A DNA stretch of 64,000 nt from a virus. The DNA is taken from positions 12,798-76,797 of IMG/VR virus record IMGVR_UViG_3300021339_000006. One strand, given 5' to 3'. The notes under the pieces are model-generated. The model made no database searches. It was given only the letters and a program-made list of their open reading frames with translations, and was not told the origin of the DNA. Positions 37,644-47,165 of this stretch are shown piece by piece. The first letter of the stretch is position 1; every line of letters starts with the position of its first letter. The translations under genes were made by a program, and so were the position numbers.

Positions 37644-38731
37644 TCTGCCTCAATAGCGTGCCACACTTGCGCCACAAGCTTGCGCACTGTGGTTTCCATG
37701 CCCTCCTGCTCGATGTGCGCAATAATTGCGTCCCTCGATCCCTCAAAGAGCAGTTCCTTGGCATCGTAAATCTTGCGCTTGGATTCTTGCTCCTCAGCTA
37801 CGCCTTCCTTCCCTTTCTTCTTCACCTTGCGCCAGTGACTCTCAAGAATAAGGTAGTCAACGCACGATCCCACGTCGTCAATCCCTAAGTCGTAATAGAT
37901 GGGAATTTCAACTGCCCGATCCTTGCCGATCTTGCCCGTAACGCGATTCTTTTTGATCTCAGCCAAACAGGTAACTCCAATGGTGCGCTTCTTGCCACGC
38001 ACTGGACGTTTGATCTTTTGTTTGACACTGGTCCAGATCTCGAGGTTGGCGTAGAAGCGCAGCGCCTTACCACCACTGCGCGTTTTCTTCTCGAAACTCA
38101 TCCCGAGGTTGTCCCGTGTCTGTCCAATTACGATCAAGATGCTGCGAGTCTTTTTCAACCCAGCCAACACGTTGCGCAAGTTCTCGCTGTGGTATTTGGC
38201 TTTGCCATCGCCGAACGATCCCTTTGCCTCTCCTGCTTCCTCAGCCGCCCTCTTTTGCTTGGCGAACTTCTTTGCCGCTGCTGATGAACCCAAACTGTCC
38301 TGCGAGTCCAGCACGTAGATAAAGGGCTTGCCGGCATTGATTCGATCGGTGATGTGGTAGTAAAAGGATTCGATGGTGTCGCTGAATACAGGCTGTCCCT
38401 TTTTGTAGGCGGGCGCCTCCATGCGCTCAGCCACACTCTTTCCAAAGTAATGCTCAATGTCCATCAGCGCACCACCTTCAACGTCGTCGAAAATGAGCGT
38501 GTAGTCTCTGAATGCCTTTTTACGGCAAGCTTCTGCAAAGCACGTCAACGTGGTGAACGTTTTGCCGCTCGCGCTGTCTCCAACAAGGTAGTAGTAACCA
38601 CCTTTCATGAAGGCATAGAACGGCGTGTCTGTGCAGGCAAGATTCAGGAGGGTGCTCCCAGAGCTGAGGGCACCCTCCTTATCCAACCGAGGCTTCTCAC
38701 GCCTCGCCAACAACACCTCCTTTGGCGTCAT
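37610..38731 (-). CDS. RecA/UvsX-like recombinase
   Basis: GDSASGKT, DVEG, VLDS, QTRD and SGGKALRFYA motifs. Confidence 0.9.
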   Translation of the reverse strand: MTPKEVLLARREKPRLDKEGALSSGSTLLNLACTDTPFYAFMKGGYYYLVGDSASGKTFTTLTCFAEACRKKAFRDYTLIFDDVEGGALMDIEHYFGKSVAERMEAPAYKKGQPVFSDTIESFYYHITDRINAGKPFIYVLDSQDSLGSSAAAKKFAKQKRAAEEAGEAKGSFGDGKAKYHSENLRNVLAGLKKTRSILIVIGQTRDNLGMSFEKKTRSGGKALRFYANLEIWTSVKQKIKRPVRGKKRTIGVTCLAEIKKNRVTGKIGKDRAVEIPIYYDLGIDDVGSCVDYLILESHWRKVKKKGKEGVAEEQESKRKIYDAKELLFEGSRDAIIAHIEQEGMETTVRKLVAQVWHAIEAECLSHRKRRYE

Positions 38732-39976
38732 TTATTTTTTCTTCTTTTTCTTGGAGGGCTTCTCCTCCTCCCACTCGTCGTCCTCATCCTCGTCGGCGTC
38801 TTTTTCTTCTTCCTCCTCGTCATCCTCGTCTTCGTCTTCGTCCGCCTTCTTGGACTTCTTCTTTTTCTTGGAGGGTTTTTCTTCTTCCTCCTCGTCCTCC
38901 TCGTCCTTCGACTTCACGCGAGGCTTTTCCTCCTCGTCCTCGTCATCATCCTCGTCGAAGTCCTCGAAGTCGTCCTTCTCGGATTTGGATTTCTTCTTGG
39001 ACTTCTTGGACTTGGGTTCGTCATCCTCGTCTTCATCCTCGTCGGCATCCTCGTCCTCGTCATCCTCGTCAGCGTCCTTGGACTTTTTGGATTTGGACTT
39101 CTTGGACTTGGGTTCGTCATCCTCGTCCTCGTCGTCTTCATCCTCATCTTCCTCGTCGGCGTCATCCTCGTCCTCATCCTTGGACTTGCCGCGCGCAGCC
39201 TTGGACTTCTTCTTGGACTTGGGTTCGTCATCCTCGTCGTCGTCATCCTCGTCAGTTTCGAGGAGCGCCTTCTTTGTTTCCTCGTAGGTGGGAATGACCA
39301 ACAGATCGTCGAGGCACAGTGTCTTCTCCAACACCTCCTCCTCGTCGTAGTCCTCCTTACGCGGCTTGAAGTCGATGGACGCGCAGCGCACAAAGCTGCG
39401 ACCTGCGTAGGTGTCATCCTCGAAGCCAACCTTCAATGTGAGGCCGCCCTCAGCGTGAAAGAAGTTCTCCCAGCCATCGTCCTCGTCTGCATTGCGCAGC
39501 CGCGCGTTGAGGTCACGTCCGAACAAGTGCGCCGAGAAGTCCCAGATCTGGAAACCCTTCTCTGTGTCCTTCCGATTGTTGAGGTTGAACAACTGGCGTT
39601 CCTTCGGCGCCAACGCTTTGATTGTTTCCTCGTTGTCATCCTCGTCCTCCTTCGCCAGCTTCGCGCGGTATTCGCAGATGTAACACTTCTTCTTTGCCGT
39701 CAGCCGAGGGCAAATCATCCGCTCGTTGTTTGCGCCAACATTTTGATGAATGTGAAACGTGCGTTCCCAATGGAGAGCGCCCTCGTCCGCCCACGGATTA
39801 CCCTTGCCCGCAGTGAAGGGCAAGATGTCCAGCAACGCAGTGCCTGACTTTGGCTTATACGTCTGCACGCCGTCCGGCAACTTGAGGTAAGGACTCGCCC
39901 CCGTTTGTTGTTTGTCCGCCCGCTCCCGAGCCGACGTATAACGCCTCTCGGCACCTCGATCTTTTCTCTTTTTCAT
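38732..39976 (-). CDS. single-stranded DNA-binding protein (gp32-like) with ~170-aa charge-block tail
   Basis: ILPF, H.H..VG and CP...CYICE Zn site; lies between recA-like and uvsY-like genes. Confidence 0.75.
   Translation of the reverse strand: MKKRKDRGAERRYTSARERADKQQTGASPYLKLPDGVQTYKPKSGTALLDILPFTAGKGNPWADEGALHWERTFHIHQNVGANNERMICPRLTAKKKCYICEYRAKLAKEDEDDNEETIKALAPKERQLFNLNNRKDTEKGFQIWDFSAHLFGRDLNARLRNADEDDGWENFFHAEGGLTLKVGFEDDTYAGRSFVRCASIDFKPRKEDYDEEEVLEKTLCLDDLLVIPTYEETKKALLETDEDDDDEDDEPKSKKKSKAARGKSKDEDEDDADEEDEDEDDEDEDDEPKSKKSKSKKSKDADEDDEDEDADEDEDEDDEPKSKKSKKKSKSEKDDFEDFDEDDDEDEEEKPRVKSKDEEDEEEEEKPSKKKKKSKKADEDEDEDDEEEEEKDADEDEDDEWEEEKPSKKKKKK
39002..39238. repeat. three exact 30-bp repeats in the SSB tail (DEDDEPKSKK)
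   Basis: CTTCTTGGACTTGGGTTCGTCATCCTCGTC at 39002, 39098 and 39209. Confidence 0.85.
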
Positions 39977-40121
39977 TGTTTGTTGTGTTCTTGTTTTTGC
40001 CTCTCTGCCCGTTCCTTAGCCTTCAAGTGTCCAGCTGTTGCAAACTTGGCAACCAAGAATGCAAGGATAGGCACGCCGACGAAAGTCGCCAGCAAGAGCA
40101 AAATTATGTCGATGGATTGCA

Positions 40122-40595
40122 TCAATCGTCCTCGCGACGGCTGCGCAGCTTTTTGCGCGTCATATCGTTTACCGCGTCGCGCCCACGTTCTGAAACTTTC
40201 GGGTTGGAAAAGTAACCCATCCCATGCAACTCAACCAGCAACGTAAGCGCACGCTTCTTGTGTTCCAGTGCCCACACCACAGCTTGGTGCAGATCCGCTG
40301 TGTGCTGGGCTTCGCGCACCTCACGCTCTGCTTCCTGATACTGATCCTGTTTGAGGATTGTGGATTTGATGGCGGACTCGGTGACCTTCTCCAGTCCGTA
40401 TTTGGCTGGATGCTCTCGAATCTGGAAGTCGAGTTCGGCTTTCACCACGTCCAGCTTTGCATTCAACTCTCCAACGTCTCGTTTCGCATCAGCCGATTTG
40501 TGAGCGTATGCAAGATAGGCGCTCGGGAGGTTGATGCATTCCTTATCGAGGTTGTGCTCGTCAATTTGAACAACGGATTCTGATTTGTTTCCCAT
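40122..40595 (-). CDS. UvsY-like recombination mediator
   Basis: Helical protein, KVTESAI...ALEHKKRAL..LV.L..GYF, next to SSB and RecA. Confidence 0.6.
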   Translation of the reverse strand: MGNKSESVVQIDEHNLDKECINLPSAYLAYAHKSADAKRDVGELNAKLDVVKAELDFQIREHPAKYGLEKVTESAIKSTILKQDQYQEAEREVREAQHTADLHQAVVWALEHKKRALTLLVELHGMGYFSNPKVSERGRDAVNDMTRKKLRSRREDD

Positions 40596-40601
40596 GTCCT
40601 A

Positions 40602-41111
40602 TTATCGCGCGCGCAAACTGTAACGCGCTGGTTTTCCATTAGGTCCAGGAACACCCGAATCTGACTTTTTAAGTGGTCGCGTCCCTACCGTGGACAAGCT
40701 GTGCAGGTTGGTCATAAGGGAGTGGCGAGTGGTCCGATTTCTGATCGCCTTAGTCTTCCACAAATCATCAACGTCCATCGTCGCGTGCTTGCTGGCGTAG
40801 TCAATAATCAGACTGCGCACGTCTCCCCACTTAGCGCGCAAAGGAGGGATCGGTTCTTTCCAACGTGCCGTGTCCCGAAGCTTCGGATTTCCGGCAAGCG
40901 CAGGCAGGTCTCTGGGAAGCATCCCATGCAGCTCTGCAGCCGCTTCAGCCTGCCCTACAATCGCCCCTAGGTGCTGTCCTAGCTCCCCAAGCGTCTTCGC
41001 TTTGCGCAACGCAGCCAAATGACCACGTAGGGCGCGCAAATACGCGGTGCGCTGCTTCTTTGTTGGTAGGCTCGTGATCACTTTGCCGTCACCACTTCCC
41101 GTGCGCGCCAT
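40602..41111 (-). CDS. hypothetical basic protein
   Basis: 169 aa ORF. Confidence 0.5.
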   Translation of the reverse strand: MARTGSGDGKVITSLPTKKQRTAYLRALRGHLAALRKAKTLGELGQHLGAIVGQAEAAAELHGMLPRDLPALAGNPKLRDTARWKEPIPPLRAKWGDVRSLIIDYASKHATMDVDDLWKTKAIRNRTTRHSLMTNLHSLSTVGTRPLKKSDSGVPGPNGKPARYSLRAR

Positions 41112-41629
41112 TGAGCCTCGAAATCACCTAGGCGCTCATCCATTTGCTGTTCGGTCTCAGGGAACAAGTGCATGTCATTCGCACAGGACAAGTAAAACCA
41201 ATTCCACCACCCACGGATACTTGGGTCTGGGTGTTTGTATCCAAGAATCTCCGCAGCGTGCATTAAGTGCAACGTGAAGTGGTGTGGAATTTCATCTGTG
41301 TAGCGAAAGTAATCTTCACCTTTGCTTTTCATTCCATCAAACCACTCCACGTCAGCTGTGTCATCGAGATCGCTTGTTTGGATGGAAGGTCCAGTAAAAG
41401 AACCACCTCCCCGATCGTAGGGAGTAAGTAGCGCACAGCGATTGAATGCGCTAATAAGAAAACATCGACGCAGCCAACGCACCAACACTTTGACTGGATG
41501 ATCCTTTCGGATTCCATCTGGGCCACGCACGCACGCAATCAAAACGCTCTGTTGCATGAACGTTAATTCATGCACCCAGTCTTGAAGCACTGATCGCCGT
41601 TGGTCAATTGGTGTAATTGGATTCTTCAT
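41078..41629 (-). CDS. conserved phage hypothetical protein
   Basis: SVLQDWV..L..MQQ.VL...RGPDG...HF..HLMHAAEILGYKHPD. Confidence 0.6.
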   Translation of the reverse strand: MKNPITPIDQRRSVLQDWVHELTFMQQSVLIACVRGPDGIRKDHPVKVLVRWLRRCFLISAFNRCALLTPYDRGGGSFTGPSIQTSDLDDTADVEWFDGMKSKGEDYFRYTDEIPHHFTLHLMHAAEILGYKHPDPSIRGWWNWFYLSCANDMHLFPETEQQMDERLGDFEAQWRAREVVTAK

Positions 41630-41632
41630 AGT

Positions 41633-42214
41633 TCAACCTTTGATATTCAGATAGTCTCGAGCAATAACCTGCGACCACTTCTCCATGTCCTTGAAATCCT
41701 TGCCTAGCTCTTCCCTCGTTGCCCAATGCGCCAAGTGTAGGTCGCGCTCTGGGGAAGTGAAGTTGGTGTAGGTGGTGGTGGCACGATAGAACATGCAGAG
41801 ATGCACGTCCTCAACTGGACCGCCGGTAGTAATCAACACACCATCCAACTCAAGGGACTTCAACGGAACACCAAGCTCTTGCGTGACTTCCAACAACGCC
41901 GTATAGAAAATCGTATGCCCTTCTTCCACGTGCCCACCAGCACCAATGTATTTCTTACCGGCAAGGCGTGTCTCTCCTTGCCCCTGCATCCGAGTCATTG
42001 CGACATACCGAGTGTCTGGCACAGGCGTAGTCACCAGCACGTAAGGAATTGGCTGCCTCCACGTTGGATCAGTTTCAAGTTCCTGACGCTCGCGATATTC
42101 ATGCCGACGCTTTATCACCTCAACCACCGCACGCAGAACGTTTCCATCCGTGACCAGTTCATCGGTCGGTAGGTGGGTGAGGTAACTAGCCGCAACTGCC
42201 ATGATTTTGCCCAT
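41633..42214 (-). CDS. NUDIX-family hydrolase
   Basis: E.DP..RQPIPY, GGHVE...LEVTQELG and EKWS motifs. Confidence 0.75.
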   Translation of the reverse strand: MGKIMAVAASYLTHLPTDELVTDGNVLRAVVEVIKRRHEYRERQELETDPTWRQPIPYVLVTTPVPDTRYVAMTRMQGQGETRLAGKKYIGAGGHVEEGHTIFYTALLEVTQELGVPLKSLELDGVLITTGGPVEDVHLCMFYRATTTYTNFTSPERDLHLAHWATREELGKDFKDMEKWSQVIARDYLNIKG

Positions 42215-42216
42215 AA

Positions 42217-43164
42217 TTATTTCGAGTGAATTGCCTCCCAGCAAGCTGCGGCCAGGCCGGCGTGTTTACTGTCGTAGAAATTCCTTCCAAAAATATCAAT
42301 GACCTTGAACGCACGCACACCAAACGCGTGATTGGGAGCGTTACCTTCTTTTCCTACCATGCACGCTCTGGCATACCCGAGAACACAATACCGGATCCCT
42401 TCCGCGTCTTCATCCTTTACTGCCCTCAGGATGCGTGCTGCATCAGACCACGCTGGATTGTGTGCCATCATTAGACGCGCGAGGTCAAAGGCAGCGTCCT
42501 TTGTAAACGTAGTGACTTGAATCGCCTTCAGTTGCTCCGCTTCCGTTGGGAGCGAACCTACCGCATCCAAAATCACAAGCGCCTTGCGTCCTGATCCGTC
42601 CGCAGCATCCGCAATCGCTTCGACCACATCATCCGTCACGGACAGCTTTTCCTTGTCAACGACACGCTTGAGCACACGAGTTAGCGCAGCCTCATTCAGC
42701 GATTTCAATTTGATCTCTGTTGAGCGCGTGTGGATTGTTTTGATCAGCTTTTGCGGATCAGTAGTCGCCAACATGAAGTAAACATGGTCGGGCGTGTCCT
42801 CGATCATCTTAAGCAAGGAATTCTGTGCGTCACCAGTCAACTTGTGCGCCTCGTCGATCAACCAAATGCGCGCCTTCCCCAACATCGGCACCAGTCCCAA
42901 ATGCTTTTTGATCTCCCGAACCTTATCAATGCCGCGATCGTCCGCCGCATTGATCTCAAAGAAATCCTGGTCGCTGCATTCCAAAACCTCTTTCAGGATG
43001 CGGGCGATTGTTGTCTTGCCGCATCCAGACGGGCCGCTCAACAAAATGGTGTGCGGGATCGTCTCACGATGGATGAACGTTTGCAGTGAACTCACCGCAT
43101 CGTCCTGACCCACCAGACCTTTCAACGTCTTGGGCCGATAGCGTTTGTAGTATTCTTTGCTCAT
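42217..43164 (-). CDS. clamp loader AAA+ ATPase (DnaX/RFC-like)
   Basis: YRPKT, GPSGCGKTT, DEAH and AQNSLLK motifs. Confidence 0.9.
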   Translation of the reverse strand: MSKEYYKRYRPKTLKGLVGQDDAVSSLQTFIHRETIPHTILLSGPSGCGKTTIARILKEVLECSDQDFFEINAADDRGIDKVREIKKHLGLVPMLGKARIWLIDEAHKLTGDAQNSLLKMIEDTPDHVYFMLATTDPQKLIKTIHTRSTEIKLKSLNEAALTRVLKRVVDKEKLSVTDDVVEAIADAADGSGRKALVILDAVGSLPTEAEQLKAIQVTTFTKDAAFDLARLMMAHNPAWSDAARILRAVKDEDAEGIRYCVLGYARACMVGKEGNAPNHAFGVRAFKVIDIFGRNFYDSKHAGLAAACWEAIHSK

Positions 43165-43165
43165 G

Positions 43166-44644
43166 TCAGTTGCGTCCTAGTATCTCCCTCAAAAACAATT
43201 CTGCGTCGGTTGTAAACTTATCGGGCTTGTCAGGATGGTAAAAGCGACCTTGCTTGAATTTGACCTCGCGCTTCTGGAACCAATTCCCACCAACCGGCGC
43301 AAGTTCATACTCCACCTCGAGCGGCACAATCAACCACGGATACGCTTTGCGCAATTCCACCGTGACGGTGTGCTCCACAATCTCGAGGTAATTTTTCAGT
43401 TCCTTCTGATGCACGTCCCCAATCAAGCTGTCGTGAATCTGCCCTACAATCATGCTGCGCATCTTATACTTCCGCAGCAAGCGGTTGACTCGGATCAGTG
43501 TCCACAACAGGCAATGGAAAGCCGAACCCTGCACTGGGTAGTTGGTAACCGCATTGCGTCCGAATGAACCGAACACACGAAACCCAGTAAGAAGGTCAAA
43601 GTAGCCTTTATCCAAGTAGGCGTGATACCAATCGCGCCTCCACTTGCCGTATTCCATGAAACGGACATTCCAAAAGTCGTTTTCAACTTCTTGAATGTGC
43701 TTCTCAAATGTGTGCTTGCGTGGCTTTTCGTCTGGGTCGCAGGCGCCCAGTTCTTTGATCCCTTGCGTGGACTTGAGCCATCCTTTGAGGGACATGCCTC
43801 CCGGTGCGGTCAGCTTGCCCTTATCTATCCACTCCCACAGTGCCTTGGCGCAGGCAACGTAGTAGTCGCCATAAAACTGAGGGAACACAAATTTGTTCTT
43901 TGCGCCATAGCGCGCGTCCTTACTCACATCGTGCGGCTCGAGGCAATAAATCTGCGCCGCCATATCTCGATGCATGTCCTTACCTGGCGTGGTGATATAG
44001 GAAATGAAGTTCCTATCGTGGTGGTAGCACGCGCTCACACCGACCTCGATACCTTTGAAATCATTCTCCACCAGCAAGTGACCTTTGCTTGCGATAAACA
44101 AACTGCGGATGATTTCAGCGATCTCCTTATCGCGCACTGGAAAGTTTTGGAAGTTTGGGCTGTTGCTGCTGGAGCGGTAGGTCTTGACCGTGTGCAGATT
44201 AAAGAAGGGATGCAGTCTTCCATCCACAGTCTCACGCTCAATCCCAGTAAGGAATGTCCCTAGCGCCTTGTCATACTTCTGAAACCGAATCAACTTGGGA
44301 ATGAAAGGATGGTCGATCTTTTGCAGCGCCTCTTCATCCGTCGAAGGCTTCCCGGACTCTGTTTCATCCGTCACTGCATAGTCCAGCTCTGTATGGAAGA
44401 TGGCCGAGATTTGATCCCGCGCAGTCAAGCTGGCTTTAGGGCCAAAACGCCGACGCCACAGTTTCCAAATCCTGTCTTCCTCAATCTCCTGACGCACCTT
44501 GCGCAGCTTGTCCTGAATGTCGCTCTTGGTGCGCTGCAAACGCGGCACGTCAATCCTGATCCCATTGCGCTCGATCCGGGAAAGCTCAATCAGTCCGTTG
44601 TGAAGCAGCGCGTAACCCTCCTGCCTAATCGCATCAATCTTCAA
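43166..44644 (-). CDS. DNA polymerase family A, polymerase domain only
   Basis: Motif A DFKGIE, motif B RYGAKNKFVFPQFYG, motif C IHDS. TTG start at 44644 with SD AAGGAG. Confidence 0.9.
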   Translation of the reverse strand: MKIDAIRQEGYALLHNGLIELSRIERNGIRIDVPRLQRTKSDIQDKLRKVRQEIEEDRIWKLWRRRFGPKASLTARDQISAIFHTELDYAVTDETESGKPSTDEEALQKIDHPFIPKLIRFQKYDKALGTFLTGIERETVDGRLHPFFNLHTVKTYRSSSNSPNFQNFPVRDKEIAEIIRSLFIASKGHLLVENDFKGIEVGVSACYHHDRNFISYITTPGKDMHRDMAAQIYCLEPHDVSKDARYGAKNKFVFPQFYGDYYVACAKALWEWIDKGKLTAPGGMSLKGWLKSTQGIKELGACDPDEKPRKHTFEKHIQEVENDFWNVRFMEYGKWRRDWYHAYLDKGYFDLLTGFRVFGSFGRNAVTNYPVQGSAFHCLLWTLIRVNRLLRKYKMRSMIVGQIHDSLIGDVHQKELKNYLEIVEHTVTVELRKAYPWLIVPLEVEYELAPVGGNWFQKREVKFKQGRFYHPDKPDKFTTDAELFLREILGRN

Positions 44645-45821
44645 AGCCCATCTCCTTTCTTTGCACCATCGCGAGTCGGTATTCCAGGATGGCATCCATA
44701 CCGCCATACAGGAGCAAGTCTTTGAGGTTCGCCTCGCGGATTCGATTGTAGTGCGTCGATTCGTCAGACTTGAGATAAGATTCAACGTGCGCGTCGTAAA
44801 TTGGAACGCCCAGCTTTACCAACGCCTGGAACTTGAGCGAACAAATGCCTTCCCTATTGTCCAAGCAATGGGAAGCCAACATCGTGTCCCATCCCCAGCG
44901 CCGGACGCCGTGGTTGAACATACGCAGCGTCCACCGCTCTTCCATCTTGAGGTTGGAGGCGATCTTTCTGGTGCGTTTGGAACTCAGGAACTTTCCCGTC
45001 GCTGCAATAGCTTTTCCCCACCACGGATAGGACACAGTGCGCTTGCCGTTGCTGACTGCGCAGCTAAAAATCTTCGCTTCCGGCCAGTCCGCTTTAAGGC
45101 AGTTGCATTCGTAATCCACTGCGGCGAAGCCACCAGCAGCATCAATCTCTTCCAACGCCTCAACCACCGCGTCCTCTTCGAACAGCAATTCAATTTTGCT
45201 TTCCCAATTCGGTTGCTTCGGTGGCGACTCTTCAATGTCAAAAGCCATTTCGAGATGGTCGGCGAACAGCCGGTCCATCAATTTGTTTTTCATCCGCAAC
45301 AGGTAGGAAGGATGATACGTCGGGACAACCCAATGTTTCTCAAGTGGGATTTTCCAACCGACCCATCGGCCCATCTCTCCTATATCTGTTTTCCAATATG
45401 GACCGATCACACTGACCAACGCCGACCGGCCCAGCGTAATGATCACGCGCGGTTCGTAAGTCTCGATTGCTTGCAACAGGTTTGGCCGGCAGTAACCGAT
45501 CTGCTTCGCGTCTGGCGTTGCATTGTTGGGAGGACGACAGATGAGTGCGTTTGTTACCCAACACTCTTTGTCCAACTTCACCCCCAGACTGCCCAGCGTG
45601 TCGCGTAGGTATTTGCCAGCAAGTCCAACAAATGGACGCCCTTCCTGATCCTCTGTGGCTCCGGGAGCCTCTCCAACCACCATGACCCTCGCCGTTCCTC
45701 GTCCAGCCACCACCATCTTAGGACTGCGACAGGTCTTGAAGAGGCCACAGGAACCACACTTGGGCAGGAATCCCTCTGGCTTTTGACTATGGACTGCGCT
45801 TGATGCAAAGAATCCAGTCAC
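44634..45821 (-). CDS. family-4 uracil-DNA glycosylase fused to a 3'-5' exonuclease
   Basis: CGSC, GEAPG, CRPP.N and HPSY (UDG4); DYEC, DTM and YGGMD (exonuclease). Confidence 0.88.
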   Translation of the reverse strand: MTGFFASSAVHSQKPEGFLPKCGSCGLFKTCRSPKMVVAGRGTARVMVVGEAPGATEDQEGRPFVGLAGKYLRDTLGSLGVKLDKECWVTNALICRPPNNATPDAKQIGYCRPNLLQAIETYEPRVIITLGRSALVSVIGPYWKTDIGEMGRWVGWKIPLEKHWVVPTYHPSYLLRMKNKLMDRLFADHLEMAFDIEESPPKQPNWESKIELLFEEDAVVEALEEIDAAGGFAAVDYECNCLKADWPEAKIFSCAVSNGKRTVSYPWWGKAIAATGKFLSSKRTRKIASNLKMEERWTLRMFNHGVRRWGWDTMLASHCLDNREGICSLKFQALVKLGVPIYDAHVESYLKSDESTHYNRIREANLKDLLLYGGMDAILEYRLAMVQRKEMGFED

Positions 45822-46906
45822 TCGTTGTTACCCTGTTTCTTCTTCTTGGATTTCTTCTCAGGCTGCTCTTCCTCCTCGTCCTCGTCGCCGTCCTCTTCCA
45901 CTTCCTTCGCTGCGCTGAGGACAGTGGTGTAGGTCCAGTGACCACCCTTAGCCGAGAGCTTGTCGTTTTGAATCACGGCCTCGGAGTAGTTCTCCGAAAT
46001 GTGCTGGAGCAATTCCGGCGAGATCAGGAAGGTCATAGGCGGCCCTTCGTAGGCAACCTTACTCACCTCTTTATACCATCCGAAAACGCCCTCGCCCTTG
46101 ATCAGCATCCGCCCGTCCACCAAGTTGACTTGGACTTGCGTCTGCCCCGACGCATCCGCCGCAAACACTGCCGCGCGATCGCTTGCCTTCACTGCCCCTT
46201 TCGGCAGGACAATCTTGTGCCCTTTGACCTTCAGCAAATGATCCAACTCTGGATAGCTCTCAGCATAGCGCCGGCAGGAATAAATCAACCCATCGGCGTT
46301 CTTGAAGTGAATCCAGGACTTGGTCAGGGACATCTTGTTCATCCCCAGCGAGGTAATGTCCTTCAGCGCAGTGCCGCGCACCAACACCGAGTCCTCCAAT
46401 CCAATGTCCACCTTGCAACGCAAGATTTGGAAGTTGTCGCACGCTTCCACGTAGTCCGGATGGAGGTGAATGCAGCACAGCAAGAACTTGCTTTCGTCAC
46501 CGCTCACGCAAAGGCTCACCAGCCCTACGGCTTCCGTGAAGTCTGCGGGCAGCTTTTTCCACTTCTCAGGCTGCTCAACGCGATCAATCGGAAGGAAAAT
46601 TTCTGCGTCCTTCGTGATCCCAAACCCTTTCTTCTTACCGCGGAACTCCAACTCGCCCCTGTCGTTCTCGCGCACCTTGAGGAATGGATCGTCCAACTTC
46701 TGCAAGATGTCCAGCAGCGCAGTTGCCTGCACAGCACCAGTGATGGTTACTCCGATCTCCTTTCGACAAGCCACCTCGTCGTTGAAGGTCATCACGTTTC
46801 CATCCTGGAAGACAAAACAGGAGGACTGCTCGATGAACTCCCTGGGTGATAACCCAGAGCGAACGGCCAACAGATCATTTAGGAAGTCTTCTCTTTTTAT
46901 GTTCAT
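45818..46906 (-). CDS. sliding clamp (beta-clamp-like)
   Basis: Repeated alpha/beta pattern (TFND, EACDNFQI); 362 aa, between polymerase and dpdA-like genes; clamp loader nearby. Confidence 0.65.
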   Translation of the reverse strand: MNIKREDFLNDLLAVRSGLSPREFIEQSSCFVFQDGNVMTFNDEVACRKEIGVTITGAVQATALLDILQKLDDPFLKVRENDRGELEFRGKKKGFGITKDAEIFLPIDRVEQPEKWKKLPADFTEAVGLVSLCVSGDESKFLLCCIHLHPDYVEACDNFQILRCKVDIGLEDSVLVRGTALKDITSLGMNKMSLTKSWIHFKNADGLIYSCRRYAESYPELDHLLKVKGHKIVLPKGAVKASDRAAVFAADASGQTQVQVNLVDGRMLIKGEGVFGWYKEVSKVAYEGPPMTFLISPELLQHISENYSEAVIQNDKLSAKGGHWTYTTVLSAAKEVEEDGDEDEEEEQPEKKSKKKKQGNNE

Positions 46907-47165
46907 TGGTTTTGGTCTTTTCGGAAGCTGCTTTCTTTGCCGGCTTTTCCCGATGCTTCTTTAAGAATCGAAAGAGTGATTCAATTTGCTCATCCGTAAG
47001 CTTGTTTTTGCGCTTGAGGTATTTCCTCAGTCGATCGCCAGACCAACCCACCCAATGCGGAAAGATGTGCATTTGATGGAACGTTGGCATGACATGGGAC
47101 TTGCGCTGCGGGATCAGGAATTCGGGTGACGTTGTGCCTCCTCCGCCTGAAAAATAAACTCTCAT
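46875..47165 (-). CDS. small protein resembling the missing N-terminus of DpdA/TGT-like barrels
   Basis: Starts MRVYFSG; ATGA-coupled to the dpdA-like gene. Confidence 0.5.
   Translation of the reverse strand: MRVYFSGGGGTTSPEFLIPQRKSHVMPTFHQMHIFPHWVGWSGDRLRKYLKRKNKLTDEQIESLFRFLKKHREKPAKKAASEKTKTNEHKKRRLPK

Noticed and set aside
38354-39847. 497-aa plus-strand Leu/Val/Phe-rich ORF and overlapping Ser- and Arg-rich ORFs
   Set aside because: Antisense shadows of the low-complexity SSB tail.
43166-44644. Z-genome (DpoZ/PurZ) system
   Set aside because: No PurZ/adenylosuccinate-synthetase-like gene in the window.
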